Below are positions 9,028 through 19,079 of a stretch of 64,000 bases of DNA, piece after piece; the first letter of the stretch is position 1, and the number at the start of each line of letters is the position of its first letter. Location of the stretch: the NCBI GenBank assembly GCA_955652395.1, contig CATPBJ010000100.1, positions 497 to 64,496 of the forward strand, written 5' to 3'. This DNA comes from an uncultured Terriglobales bacterium. Lineage in GTDB: Bacteria; Acidobacteriota; Terriglobia; Terriglobales; Acidobacteriaceae. The notes beneath the pieces were generated by a model. It was not told the origin of the DNA and searched no databases. It saw only the letters and a program-made list of their open reading frames with translations. The translations under genes were made by a program, and so were the position numbers.

Positions 9028-10980
9028 CTAAAACCGATCGTTGGTGTCGATGTTGAAGCCGAGGATGGCGTTGACCTCGATCGGTTCGTTTCCACGCAGG
9101 ACGGGGCGAAACTTCCAACTGTTGAGCGCGGTCAGGACTTTGCTGGTCATGACCGCCGTGGCGGGTTCGAGCACTTGAGCTCTACGTAGCAAGCCCGTAC
9201 GGTCGAGGACGCAGGCGATCACCAGTCGCGACTTGGGTAGTCCCGCAGGCAGATCGGAGCGCATGGCTTGGGGCGCGGTAAGGTCCTCGGCGTAACCGTG
9301 TGCCGCGGAGGAGGGGTCCGCAAACTGCATTACGGCCGTGCCCAGCGTAGTGGTAATGTAAATGGTGTAAACCTTATCGCCCTTGAGTGCGCCGTAGAAA
9401 TTAAAGGCGCCACCCGAACGCGAGCTGGCGACGATTGTAATGTCTGGCCCGTGATTCCCCGGGCTGGTATTCGAACGTGCAGCGCTCCCGGCTGGCTTTG
9501 TGCCGGATCCGAAGCTGGGCAAGGTCACAACATTCGTGCTGCCGCCTTTTACCGAGACTCCGGGCATGGCTGGAGTTCCATTGGTACCAGTGCCAGCCCC
9601 GCCGGGTCCGGGATACGGCGAAATTCCTCCGTGTGCCATGGGATCTGATCCTGGACCGGTGCCTTCGTTACCTGCTCCCGAACCGGGGCCGGAGAATCCG
9701 CTGCCCGGTCCGTCGCCGCGGCCGACGCCACCGCCGCCGCCCGATCCACCTAGGCCGGGCTTGTCACCTCCAGTCGGAGACATGGCCAAGGATCCGCTTC
9801 CGCCGTTGCCGGGCAGGCCAAGTTTCGATCCGGGCTGGCTGGAAACCACCACTCCCGAGGCGCTTCCACCGCCGTTGCTGCCGGGCGGCGCTGCAGCCAT
9901 GCCAGCATCCAACGGTCCGCCTAGTCCCACGCCGCGATTTCCCCTGCCCTGGCCGGTGAGTGAACCTCCGCCAGATACCGCCGGCGGCGGCGGAACAACA
10001 GCCGTGCCTGTGCCCATTCCTCCCGCTACGGAACGTTGTGCCGAACCCGCTCCCAATTGGACCGCAGGAGGCACAACCGAAGTGTTGCCCAGGCCGCTGG
10101 TGTTCTGGCGCTCAGCCAAGGCGTTCCCGAACTGCACGGGAGGGGGAACGACCTGCTTCTGCAGCTCGCCCGGCCCGAAGCCGGGTCCGATTTTCGCAAC
10201 CTCCGGAGCCATTGTAGGGGGCGGTGCGACCACGCTCGGCGCCGGCATGGCGAGCCTTGGGTTCACACTGCTGACTTGTTCCGGAGCCGAGACCGGCGGC
10301 GGGACCACCTGCACCGTGTTTGATCCGGGCAGACGCAGCGTGGAGACCTCGCGCTGCGGCACGGCGGCGCTGGGCGGGACCGCGCCGACGTTCAACTGGG
10401 GTGTGGCCCGCAGTTGGTCGGACACCTGGGGAGCCGGCGGCACTGCGCTCTGTGGCAATACCGGAGCCCGCAAAGAAGACCGCATTCCTTCCGCCGGGGC
10501 GGGACCGGGAAGCGCCTTCAACGCGAGCAGGTTGGCCACCGCGGAATTGGATTTCGGCAGATCAAGCTTGGGCGCGTCCGCCACGGTTTCCCGCAAAGTG
10601 CTTCCGCGCGCGACGCGAATGGTTTGGGTGGGATGGTACGCCTCGCGCCCGCCGGAGCGGCCGGAACGGCCTGACTCCGCGCCGCCTACGTCTTCTGTGC
10701 GCGGCAGTTCGTTGCCCGAGTAGTAAATGATGTCGTACTTCGGCTTGGGGGGCGGCTCATAGGGTTGCATGCTGGCCAGCTTCGCCGGCACCACGATGAC
10801 GGCCACCAGCAGGAGCAGCTCAAGCGCCCAGCAGAGAAGAATTCCCCACCACGGAAACAGGCCAACCTGGGCTTCGCCCGCCAGACGCTTGGGCGATTTG
10901 CCCAAAGCGGGCCCGATGGCGGTGAGGAACTCGTCCCACCGCGAGGGCCACTCGACGAGAAAGTTGGGTGCGTCGTTCAC
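9028..10980 (-). CDS. membrane-anchored Pro/Gly-rich protein with TonB-C-like C-terminal domain
   Basis: 650 aa. One N-terminal TM (LFPWWGILLCWALELLLLVAVIVVP) is followed by repeated VPP/PPP tracts and then a roughly 170-aa Gly-rich tract. The C-terminus (RAQVLEPA...ALNSWKFRPVLRGNEPIEVNAILGFN) resembles the TonB C-terminal fold of ORF 44945-45943. The start overlaps the DUF192 stop by 4 nt. Confidence 0.6.
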   Translation of the reverse strand: MNDAPNFLVEWPSRWDEFLTAIGPALGKSPKRLAGEAQVGLFPWWGILLCWALELLLLVAVIVVPAKLASMQPYEPPPKPKYDIIYYSGNELPRTEDVGGAESGRSGRSGGREAYHPTQTIRVARGSTLRETVADAPKLDLPKSNSAVANLLALKALPGPAPAEGMRSSLRAPVLPQSAVPPAPQVSDQLRATPQLNVGAVPPSAAVPQREVSTLRLPGSNTVQVVPPPVSAPEQVSSVNPRLAMPAPSVVAPPPTMAPEVAKIGPGFGPGELQKQVVPPPVQFGNALAERQNTSGLGNTSVVPPAVQLGAGSAQRSVAGGMGTGTAVVPPPPAVSGGGSLTGQGRGNRGVGLGGPLDAGMAAAPPGSNGGGSASGVVVSSQPGSKLGLPGNGGSGSLAMSPTGGDKPGLGGSGGGGGVGRGDGPGSGFSGPGSGAGNEGTGPGSDPMAHGGISPYPGPGGAGTGTNGTPAMPGVSVKGGSTNVVTLPSFGSGTKPAGSAARSNTSPGNHGPDITIVASSRSGGAFNFYGALKGDKVYTIYITTTLGTAVMQFADPSSAAHGYAEDLTAPQAMRSDLPAGLPKSRLVIACVLDRTGLLRRAQVLEPATAVMTSKVLTALNSWKFRPVLRGNEPIEVNAILGFNIDTNDRF

Positions 10981-11369
10981 TCTTGGGCCGCCCGTCCTAA
11001 CGCAATCTCAATCTCATCTCCAATGGCGGTTTGAGTGGAAGTCAAAGTGTTGCCCGGCAACTCGAGCACAGAAGTGGCGCGCAGGCGAACCGGGGCAACG
11101 CGCCATGGCTTCAGATTTTCTTCCAGGTGGACAACAACTTTGTCGCCATCCAGATAGACCACGTCAATCGGAAAGCGCATGGCGAAAGTATGTACACCAC
11201 GTGAGGGAACGATCCACAACCCCTGTCCAACGGGGAAAGTTCCGGCATCAGTGCCCATCAAACCGCAGAGGCGGGACCAGTGGGTGTCCGCGACGCGCAG
11301 ATGCCGGGCCAGGTAAGCCTGCCGCGTTCTGTTGAGGGCAAATCCCGTGGGAAGGGGTACCGGCATCAC
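10977..11369 (-). CDS. DUF192 (COG1430) domain protein
   Basis: 130 aa. The pattern GLMG...GLWIVPSRGVHTFAMRFPIDVVYLD...V is characteristic of DUF192. It lies immediately downstream of tadC. Confidence 0.7.
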   Translation of the reverse strand: MMPVPLPTGFALNRTRQAYLARHLRVADTHWSRLCGLMGTDAGTFPVGQGLWIVPSRGVHTFAMRFPIDVVYLDGDKVVVHLEENLKPWRVAPVRLRATSVLELPGNTLTSTQTAIGDEIEIALGRAAQE

Positions 11370-11403
11370 AACTCCTGGACTGGACCCTGTAGCAAAGGCA
11401 TTT

Positions 11404-12306
11404 TCAGCGTCCTGCCTCTGGCATCAGGATACGGACCAACTGGATGATGGCCGGTCCCAGAGTCACGAAGATGATGGAGGGAAGAACAAACAGGACCAGG
11501 GGAACGATCATCTTGATGGTGGTTTTGGCGGCCTGTTCTTCGGCCCGTTGCCGGCGCTCAGTGCGCAGCGAATCAGAATGAATGCGGAGCGCCTGGCTGA
11601 CGCTGGTTCCGAAGCGATCGGTCTGCACCAGGGTGGCAACCAAAGCGCGCACGTCGTCGACACCGGTCCGTTCAACTAGATTTCGCAGCGCCTCGGCGCG
11701 GGGCTTGCCCGCCCGCATTTCGAGATTGATCAGATGGAACTCATCACTCAGGTCGGGGTGGGCGTGGCGCAAATCTTCGCCGACTCGCATCAGAGCCTGG
11801 TCCAGTGCCAGGCCAACTTCAACGCAGATTACGGTCAGATCCAACGCGTCCGGCAATGCCAGGGTGATGCGCCTCTGCCGGTTGCGGATCATGCGCTTCA
11901 GGATGAAGCGGGGTATGAAAAAGCCAACCCCTCCCACTCCGACCATCCACAGCAGGTCGAAGTTGCCCCTGACCACGATCACGCCCAAAATCCCTACCAG
12001 TGCCAGGAGCACCCGCGCGCCCACGTATATGGTCAGGTGCCGCGGTTCGCGATAACCGGCCTGAATCAGCCATTTTCGCGCTCGTGACACTTCACTGGGT
12101 GAGAGGGGAAGGGCCTTGCTCAGGGGATCGAGTGCCTGCTCCAGGCGGTCCTTGAAGGCTGGCTTTTCCCTGGTCTCGGTTTTCTGCCAACCCAGGGCGC
12201 GCAGGCGCGAGCCCAGCACCGAAAAGGGCGCGTAGGCGGCGGCCCCGAACGAAAACACCACTAGAGCGATGCTCAAAAACAATATGATTGCCAGTGCCAG
12301 AGCCAT
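11404..12306 (-). CDS. tadC: Flp pilus assembly inner-membrane protein TadC (T2SS F family)
   Basis: 300 aa with a GspF-like domain and terminal TMs. It follows tadB with a 3-nt gap. Confidence 0.85.
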   Translation of the reverse strand: MALALAIILFLSIALVVFSFGAAAYAPFSVLGSRLRALGWQKTETREKPAFKDRLEQALDPLSKALPLSPSEVSRARKWLIQAGYREPRHLTIYVGARVLLALVGILGVIVVRGNFDLLWMVGVGGVGFFIPRFILKRMIRNRQRRITLALPDALDLTVICVEVGLALDQALMRVGEDLRHAHPDLSDEFHLINLEMRAGKPRAEALRNLVERTGVDDVRALVATLVQTDRFGTSVSQALRIHSDSLRTERRQRAEEQAAKTTIKMIVPLVLFVLPSIIFVTLGPAIIQLVRILMPEAGR

Positions 12307-12309
12307 GCT

Positions 12310-13278
12310 TTAAACCTGAATCTGAATGATCTTTCGGATCACGAAATAGCCGATCGTCTGTAGGGTAATGCCCACCACGATCAAAGAGTGCCCGATAGGA
12401 TCGTTGAACAGCGGCTGGATAAAACTGGGGTTCATGGCCTGCATCGTGACCACAATAACGGGCGGCAGCCCCATTAGCAGCATCATGGTCATGCGTCCCT
12501 GGGCCGTGTGCACCCGTACCTGCCGCATGATCTTGAAGCGTTCCCGAATCACATAAGACAGGTTGTCAAGGATTTCCGCAAGATTACCGCCAGTCTCGCG
12601 CTGCAGCATGACTGCGGTGACGAAGAACTTTACGTCCACCAGGGGCACGCGTTCGGTGAGATTGACCAGCGCGTCCCGCACCGGCAGACCGAATTTCTGC
12701 TCTTCATACAACTTGCGGAACTCGGAAGCCACCGGCTCCGCAATCTCGCTGGCGATCAATTCCAGAGCGGTGGTGAAGGCGTGGCCGGCGCGCACTGCCC
12801 GGGCCAGTGTGTCGATGGCCTCGGGGAAAAGCTCCTCGAATTTCTGGAAGCGCTTGGTCCTTTTGTAGTTGGCGTAGGCGTAAGGCAGGAAAGCCCCCAT
12901 GAGCAGGCCCAACCAGGCAAATTGCGGGAAGCCGCTGAACAGGAGAACAATCAGCCCGAGCGCGGCTCCGCTGAGCAGACACAGGAGCACCACATTGCCG
13001 GCGCGGCTCTTCACATCGGCCTGCTCGAGCATGGTCTGGAAACTGGAAATACTGGAGGAGCGGCGCAGCAAGTTATCGAGCGCCGGAATCTTGCTCATTA
13101 CTTCATCGCGCAGCAGCGCCAGTTCCTGGCCGGGCTCGCGCTCTACCGTCTTCTGCACGGTCGAGAGCCGCTCGCGCAGCAGGCGAGCTTTGGAGCTGCG
13201 CTCGTCCAGCAGGGAAGCGATGACAAACACTGCCAGCGCGACCACCACGAAAACCGCGACCGCAATCAGGATGAACAT
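12310..13278 (-). CDS. tadB: Flp pilus assembly inner-membrane protein TadB (T2SS F family)
   Basis: 322 aa. It has a GspF-like domain with an N-terminal TM and C-terminal TMs, in the canonical position after the ATPase. Confidence 0.85.
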   Translation of the reverse strand: MFILIAVAVFVVVALAVFVIASLLDERSSKARLLRERLSTVQKTVEREPGQELALLRDEVMSKIPALDNLLRRSSSISSFQTMLEQADVKSRAGNVVLLCLLSGAALGLIVLLFSGFPQFAWLGLLMGAFLPYAYANYKRTKRFQKFEELFPEAIDTLARAVRAGHAFTTALELIASEIAEPVASEFRKLYEEQKFGLPVRDALVNLTERVPLVDVKFFVTAVMLQRETGGNLAEILDNLSYVIRERFKIMRQVRVHTAQGRMTMMLLMGLPPVIVVTMQAMNPSFIQPLFNDPIGHSLIVVGITLQTIGYFVIRKIIQIQV

Positions 13279-13362
13279 GTGTCTCTGAAAACCTCAAACT
13301 GCCCTAGCTGCTGAACCCGTCCCTAAAGTGTGATTCGGGCTCAAAAGACTTCAATTCAAGCG

Positions 13363-14658
13363 CTACACCTCCATGCGCGATTCAAACAAGGCAGGCCGGA
13401 GGCGGCAGCCCGCAGTGGCCAGGCGTTCGGCGAACTTCGGCCGGATTCCGCTGGCGCGAAACATACCGCACACTTTGCCGGCCTCGTCGATCCCCTGGCG
13501 ATCGAAAACAAAGATATCCTGCATGCAAATGACGTCACCTTCCATGCCGGTTACCTCGGCGATGGTGACCACTTTGCGGGTGCCGTCAGAGAGACGTGAC
13601 ACTTGGACCACGGCATGAATAGCAGCTGCGATCTGATGCCGCATGGCCCGCTCCGGGATGTTGAGATTGGCCATGGAGCACATGTTTTCGATACGGGCCA
13701 GCGCATCTCGCGGAGTGTTGGCGTGCACCGTGGTCAGGGAGCCCTCGTGACCCGTATTCATCGCTTGCAGCATGTCAAAGGCTTCTTCGCCGCGGACCTC
13801 GCCGACCACGATGCGGTCGGGACGCATACGGAGACTGTTGATGACCAGTTGCCGTTGCCGCACCGCGCCCTTGCCTTCGATGTTGGGCGGACGAGTTTCG
13901 AGGCGGACCACGTGTTCCTGTTTCATCTGCAACTCGGCCGCATCCTCGATGGTGACGATGCGGTCGGAGTTCGGAATGTAACCCGAGAGAACGTTCAGAA
14001 GGGTGGTCTTACCGGCGCCGGTTCCGCCGGAAATCAGGAAGTTGAGCCGCCCTTTCACCATGGCCGATAACAGTTCCAGCATGGGCTCGGTCAGGCTCTT
14101 GTTCTCGATCATGTTGCGGGCGGTAATTGGGTCGCGGCCGAAGCGCCGAATTGAAAGGCAGGGGCCATCGATGGCCAGAGGCGGAATAATGGCGTTCACA
14201 CGGGAGCCGTCGGCCAGACGCGCATCCACCATGGGCGAGGATTCATCGACGCGCCGTCCGATGCGCGAAACGATGCGGTCGATGATCTGCATCAGGTGCG
14301 CATCATCCTTGAAGCTCAGGCCGGTGGCTTCGAGCTTGCCTGCCCGTTCCACGTAGACCCGGTTGTAGCGGTTGACCAGGATGTCGGAGATGGTGGGGTC
14401 CTTGAGCAGCGGTTCCAGGGGGCCTAGACCGAATATCTCGTCCAGAATTTCGCGGGCCAGGCGCTCGCGCTCGGCGAAGCTCAGCGGCACGGCCTCGCTG
14501 TTCACCGTGTTCCGGATCAGCAGCAGAACTTCTTCGCGGGCCGCATCACTGGGGGTACGCCCCAGTTTCTCCAGGTCGAGCCGGTCTAGGATCTTGCGGT
14601 GGAGGTCGGCCTTGACCTGCTGGTATTCGGTTCTTTCGAAAGTCTGCAAATTCGCCAT
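13363..14658 (-). CDS. cpaF: Tad secretion ATPase CpaF/TadA
   Basis: 431 aa. It has Walker [13 protein letters not shown], an Asp box and Walker B (IVVGEVRG), and a His box ([13 protein letters not shown]). Confidence 0.93.
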   Translation of the reverse strand: MANLQTFERTEYQQVKADLHRKILDRLDLEKLGRTPSDAAREEVLLLIRNTVNSEAVPLSFAERERLAREILDEIFGLGPLEPLLKDPTISDILVNRYNRVYVERAGKLEATGLSFKDDAHLMQIIDRIVSRIGRRVDESSPMVDARLADGSRVNAIIPPLAIDGPCLSIRRFGRDPITARNMIENKSLTEPMLELLSAMVKGRLNFLISGGTGAGKTTLLNVLSGYIPNSDRIVTIEDAAELQMKQEHVVRLETRPPNIEGKGAVRQRQLVINSLRMRPDRIVVGEVRGEEAFDMLQAMNTGHEGSLTTVHANTPRDALARIENMCSMANLNIPERAMRHQIAAAIHAVVQVSRLSDGTRKVVTIAEVTGMEGDVICMQDIFVFDRQGIDEAGKVCGMFRASGIRPKFAERLATAGCRLRPALFESRMEV

Positions 14659-14699
14659 ACGCTTCTAACCTGACACTAGATCAGCCGTTGCCGTTTCAC

Positions 14700-15872
14700 C
14701 TAAACTGTCTTGAACAGAGACCAGGCCTTACGCTTCACATCGATGTCGTTTTCGGTCAGGCTGGCGGCCAGCCCGGCAAAACATCTGGCCATCTCACTGT
14801 AGGCCTGTTGCATGAGCGGAACTCCGCGATCGATGGCGGCGGAGACTGCGAAATATTGATTGGGAATCTTCCACAGCAGCTTGGCGCCCGCGGCAGCCTC
14901 AGCATCGGCTTCGCTGAATCCGGCGATCTTGCGGAAGCGGTTCAGCACCAGGCGTACTCGCTCCCGGCTTCCGGTTTCGCCCAGAAATTGCTGGATACGA
15001 GTCGCGCTCCACAGGGACGCAACATCAGCGTGGGCCACCAACAGTACGGTTTCCGAAAGATTGCACACCAGGCGCGTGGTCGCGTCCACACGCGAAGACG
15101 CATCGACCACAACGTAGCGGAAGTGGCCGACCAGCAAATCAAACAGGCGCGCGAATTCGGCGGTAGCGGGGTCCACGACCAGCGGCGTGCTGGCGCCCGC
15201 CAGCAACTGCATACCGCCGCTGTGTCGAGTCATGAAGCTGTCCAGCAGCGAGCTGTCAAGGCGATGCAGATTGCGAATCGCATCCCCCACAGTGAACTGT
15301 GGTTTCAGATTCAGGTGCAGGGCGGCGTGCCCCAGAGGCGCAATGTCAACCAGAGCTACGTTGCCATGGGCGGAGTGCAGTGCCAGCGCCAGGTTCACGG
15401 CTGTGGTGGTGGCTCCACTCCCGCCCTTGGCGTTGACTACAGTGAAGACTTTTCCCCGAGGTCCTTCCCGGTCAACTTTCCGTTGGGCTGCAGTTAGCCG
15501 TACGAAAGCTTCGAGCAGGTCCGTGGTGGTGGTGGGGCGTTCGATAAATTCGCGCGCACCGGAACGCATTGCGCTGACAATGACCTGCGGCTGGGCCATG
15601 CTGCCCACCGCAAATATGACCGCGTCTCGTACTTCCTGATGGATCAATTCAATGGCCCGCAGCGCCAGGGTGTGACTTTCCGTGGGCACGTCGACCAGCA
15701 CGACCTGAGCACTTGCGCTCTGCACCCGGCGCAAAACCGGGTCTGTGACCACCACCGGATAACTGGTGCAGGTGTGCACTACGCGCGCCACACTGGTACC
15801 ATCCACCAGAACCTGCAGCACGGCACGCTGGTCGCTGTCCTGGGCGATGACTACGACGGAAAGTTCGGGCAT
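14700..15872 (-). CDS. cpaE: Flp pilus assembly protein CpaE/TadZ (REC-like N-domain plus ParA/MinD-like ATPase)
   Basis: 390 aa with a deviant Walker A NAKGGSGATTTAVNLA after a receiver-like N-terminal domain. Confidence 0.85.
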   Translation of the reverse strand: MPELSVVVIAQDSDQRAVLQVLVDGTSVARVVHTCTSYPVVVTDPVLRRVQSASAQVVLVDVPTESHTLALRAIELIHQEVRDAVIFAVGSMAQPQVIVSAMRSGAREFIERPTTTTDLLEAFVRLTAAQRKVDREGPRGKVFTVVNAKGGSGATTTAVNLALALHSAHGNVALVDIAPLGHAALHLNLKPQFTVGDAIRNLHRLDSSLLDSFMTRHSGGMQLLAGASTPLVVDPATAEFARLFDLLVGHFRYVVVDASSRVDATTRLVCNLSETVLLVAHADVASLWSATRIQQFLGETGSRERVRLVLNRFRKIAGFSEADAEAAAGAKLLWKIPNQYFAVSAAIDRGVPLMQQAYSEMARCFAGLAASLTENDIDVKRKAWSLFKTV

Positions 15873-15954
15873 CGTATTTCTGGCCCCCTACTGGTCCCTA
15901 TCCAACATTCTACGTGCCTGAACTATAGCTTCCAGATTACGCAGGTCATGCGTT

Positions 15955-17427
15955 TCACTTCTTGTCGCCAGACGGCTTCGGGCCGTCGAACTTCTCCCTG
16001 TTCATATAGGGTTTGGGAGCAACCGGTAGCGGCGGCGCCTGCGTGCTGGCAGAAATGCGATGCGCCGTGCATAGAACCATCAATTCAGAATTGGTTCTCT
16101 GCGCACTCTTGCTCTTGAAAAAATTCCCCAGGATCGGGATGTCGCCCAGCCCCGGTATCTTGCTGTACAGATCGGTCACCCGGTTATCGATCAATCCCGC
16201 GATTACAAAGCTTTGCCCGTCCTGCAGTTCGAACTCGGTTTCTGCCTTCCGTGTACTCAATGCGGGCACGGTGAAGCCGGAAATGGTGAGGGCGTTGGCG
16301 AAATCCAGGGCGCTGACCGACGGCGCCACCTTCAAATGGATATTCCCGTTGGGCATGATCACGGGGGTAAATTTCAACTGCACTCCGAATTCCTTGAATG
16401 AGATCGTAACCGCGGTAAAGCCCTGCCCGGGCTGGACGATGGGGAAGGGAAATTCCCCGCCGGCCAGAAAGCTCGCTTCCTTCCCGTTCACCGCGATCAG
16501 GTTGGGCTCGGCCAGGATCTGCAACAGGTTCTTCTGCTGCAGAGCCTTGATCACAGCGCCGATATTGACGTCGGTCCGGGTCACAAAGAGATTGAGAAAG
16601 TCAGAGATGGTCGTGGTGGGGGGGGTGGCCGTCGTCGTCGTCGTGGTCGTATTGCCGGTGGTCTGGGTGGTCGTGGCCGTATTGTGGATCTGGACGGAGC
16701 CGAATTGTCCGGTCTGGCTGGTGGCGATCGTGTTCCCCTGCCCTGGCATAAAGATGTTGATTCCAAGTTGCGTAATGACAGAGCGGTCTACTTCGGCGAA
16801 CTTCACCTCGAGCAACACTTCCTGCGCCCCTACCGGACCGAAAGTCAGCACATTGACAACGTTCTTGGAGTAGGCCTCAGCGATCATTCCGGCGCGTTTG
16901 GAAACATCCTCGGTCGACACGTGGCCGGAGAGCACAATAGCAGACCGCGACGGTGAAACTGTGATCTGTTCGTCCGGAAAGACCCGCTTTTCTTCTTCGG
17001 CTGCGGTGCTCACATCCACATCGACGCGCAAGTCGAAGCTGCGCGAGCGCTCCAGTTCGTCCCAGATCAGCAACGACACCTCGCCCGCGGCGCGGCCATG
17101 CACCAGAATCTGGGTTGGAGTAACGACGAGGGCATCGGCCACGGCATCATCGGTGACCGAAACTCGCCGGAGCCGCTCGGTCGTGTTGATGAGCAGCGAC
17201 TTGCCCACCATGACCCGCAGCGGGGCGGCGCCTTGGGCTGCGGCTTCCGGGGCTGATGAGCTGGCTTCCGGGCCAGGAGCCTGGGCGGGCGCGGGTTGGG
17301 TGCCAGGCTGCTCCTGAGAGAGAACCACGAGCGACGCCGTGAGGATTAACAGCACGGACAGCGCGCCTCGTATGACCGAGCTCAAGTTCACTTCGTGTTT
17401 CTCCCCCCTGCGGGAGCAGATCGACAT
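15955..17427 (-). CDS. cpaC: Tad secretin CpaC/RcpA
   Basis: 490 aa. It has a signal peptide, a BON-like domain and the secretin core (LLQILAEPNL...GGEFPFP...VPALSTRKAETEFELQDGQSFVIAGL). It also contains a Thr-rich tract. Confidence 0.9.
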   Translation of the reverse strand: MSICSRRGEKHEVNLSSVIRGALSVLLILTASLVVLSQEQPGTQPAPAQAPGPEASSSAPEAAAQGAAPLRVMVGKSLLINTTERLRRVSVTDDAVADALVVTPTQILVHGRAAGEVSLLIWDELERSRSFDLRVDVDVSTAAEEEKRVFPDEQITVSPSRSAIVLSGHVSTEDVSKRAGMIAEAYSKNVVNVLTFGPVGAQEVLLEVKFAEVDRSVITQLGINIFMPGQGNTIATSQTGQFGSVQIHNTATTTQTTGNTTTTTTTATPPTTTISDFLNLFVTRTDVNIGAVIKALQQKNLLQILAEPNLIAVNGKEASFLAGGEFPFPIVQPGQGFTAVTISFKEFGVQLKFTPVIMPNGNIHLKVAPSVSALDFANALTISGFTVPALSTRKAETEFELQDGQSFVIAGLIDNRVTDLYSKIPGLGDIPILGNFFKSKSAQRTNSELMVLCTAHRISASTQAPPLPVAPKPYMNREKFDGPKPSGDKK

Positions 17428-17450
17428 GTCGGGTTCCTCGAAATGCTGGC

Positions 17451-18296
17451 TTACTTGGGTGTAACTTCTTCTCTCTTCGTTCCCTTGATCACCTCTATCG
17501 AATAGACCGAGGGCGGCGGCACCGCCGGTGTCTTCACTACGTGCTTGGCGGTGGATTTGGGCCGCGGAGCCGCGGCGGGCGCTGCCATGGGAAGGCCTTT
17601 GTACAACGCATTGGTGCTCACCGAAGCCAGCTCCTGCTGCTTGGTATCCAACGGGTTGCGCAACGCCAGCTGAATCTTTCCTTGGGTGGTGGCCAGGGTA
17701 AGCTTCTGCGCGTCATCTGGCGACACCAGCAAGGTGATGACCGGGGTCAGTTGCGGTTCACCGGCGGTGTTACGCTCGAGTTTCTGGCCGGTGGCGATCA
17801 CCGCCACGTTCTCCAGAACGGTCGTGGTCTGCTGATCGGGCGCGCCGGACGGGTTGCCGGTGAGCAGCACATCCACCCGTGTTCCCGGCACCACAAAACC
17901 GGCGACGCCAATGACTTCGTTCACCCGCACCGAAACTGCGCGCATTCCCGGCGGAATCAGAGACTGCATTCCGGACCCCGCATTTTCCCCAGCCAGCTTG
18001 TTGGGCAGAAAGAACTCCCCCCTCGCGACGGGAAGGATCGCGCCCCGACCCACCACCGAGGTTTTCAGATGAAAGATGTTGGACGGCAGATCGGCTGCGG
18101 GAAAGCGCACCAGCTTTACGTCACTCTCGGCGACCTTGGCTCCTACGGGGATGTCATTGGCAGCTACCACCACCTCAACGCCAGGCGCCGTGTCGGCGCC
18201 GGTTCTGGTCTGCAGCGTGCGGTAAACGGCGTAGCTCACGATGGCGCCCAGGGCGAGGGCCACAAAGCCAATCAACAAAAGCCGGGTGCGATTCAT
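17451..18296 (-). CDS. cpaB: Flp pilus assembly protein CpaB/RcpC
   Basis: 281 aa. An N-terminal TM anchor is followed by a SAF-like domain (VVVAANDIPVGAKVAESDVK) and then an RcpC domain. Confidence 0.88.
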   Translation of the reverse strand: MNRTRLLLIGFVALALGAIVSYAVYRTLQTRTGADTAPGVEVVVAANDIPVGAKVAESDVKLVRFPAADLPSNIFHLKTSVVGRGAILPVARGEFFLPNKLAGENAGSGMQSLIPPGMRAVSVRVNEVIGVAGFVVPGTRVDVLLTGNPSGAPDQQTTTVLENVAVIATGQKLERNTAGEPQLTPVITLLVSPDDAQKLTLATTQGKIQLALRNPLDTKQQELASVSTNALYKGLPMAAPAAAPRPKSTAKHVVKTPAVPPPSVYSIEVIKGTKREEVTPK

Positions 18297-18534
18297 GACT
18301 GCTCCTCAAAGTCGAAATGGCAATCGCCCGAGACGCGACACCATCCAGCACACGGGCGGCGCCTGGCCGCGACCGCGGAACTTCGACTCACCGATTTGAT
18401 GTTGATACTAACTGACCGATCCCCAGCGCCATGGCGAACCAAGGCCTTTACAAAAGCTTCCCGGCGCGCTCGAACCTCGCTGCGCGGCAAACCCTCAAGC
18501 CAGGGCCGCCCGGGCTATCACGCTGACGTCGTCG

Positions 18535-18699
18535 CTACTGGACCGAACTGGCGACCGAAGAGAATACCTTGTTGGAATTGGAACCGATCAGCCGAATGGT
18601 TCCGACCACGATCACCAGAATCACAGCCAGCATCACGGCGTATTCCGCGATGTCCTGGCCCTGGTCTTCCCGCCACAGACTTATAGCCTTAGCTTTCAT
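18535..18699 (-). CDS. flp: Flp/Fap family pilin (copy 2; below the ORF-track size cutoff)
   Basis: Hand translation gives MKAKAISLWREDQGQDIAEYAVMLAVILVIVVGTIRLIGSNSNKVFSSVASSVQ*. It shows the Flp motif G-x4-EY plus a hydrophobic helix. A perfect SD AGGAGG lies 9 nt upstream of the ATG. Confidence 0.88.
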   Translation of the reverse strand: MKAKAISLWREDQGQDIAEYAVMLAVILVIVVGTIRLIGSNSNKVFSSVASSVQ

Positions 18700-19079
18700 T
18701 TTTTTCGTCCTCCTATCGAATCAGCCTGATAGACAGTGAACTCCATCCTGATACCGTTGGGATAGTCCTTCGCACTCCAGAACGCGATTTTTATTGTTGT
18801 TTCTGAATCAAGACTTTACGCGCCGCCGGAGCGAAAGCTCCCGAATCCCCACGCTCATAATACCCTGCTGCCATCCTGCTAAGCGACAATTCTTGCACCT
18901 TTCGCCGATATTGGTGGTGGCTGACCGGATACCAACCCGACGGTCATTTTAGGGCTCAAGGGGGCGGTACAGGCCTATTCCCAGTCGCAAAGAGAGGCGA
19001 TTGGCACTCTGTGGACGGTCTGCTTCCCCGGCCCGAAGACCTGGCTGGCTCTCAGGGCAAACCCGAACTGCGGCCTGGC

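Noticed and set aside
9500-10723. 407-aa plus-strand ORF (Pro/Gly-rich)
   Set aside because: It is antisense to the Pro/Gly-rich TonB-C-like gene, and low-complexity GC-rich DNA stays open on both strands. The minus-strand frame has a TM anchor, a folded C-terminal domain and translational coupling to DUF192, so that frame is the real one.
18293-18490. 65-aa ORF between cpaB and flp, considered as a possible prepilin peptidase or rcpB-like gene
   Set aside because: It is too short and Arg-rich and has no TM helices. A24-type TadV peptidases are multi-TM proteins of about 150-250 aa.
17541-18686. 381-aa plus-strand ORF
   Set aside because: It is antisense to cpaB and runs through the cpaB-flp spacer and into flp copy 2. 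Its composition is Arg/Gly/His-rich and it has no motifs.
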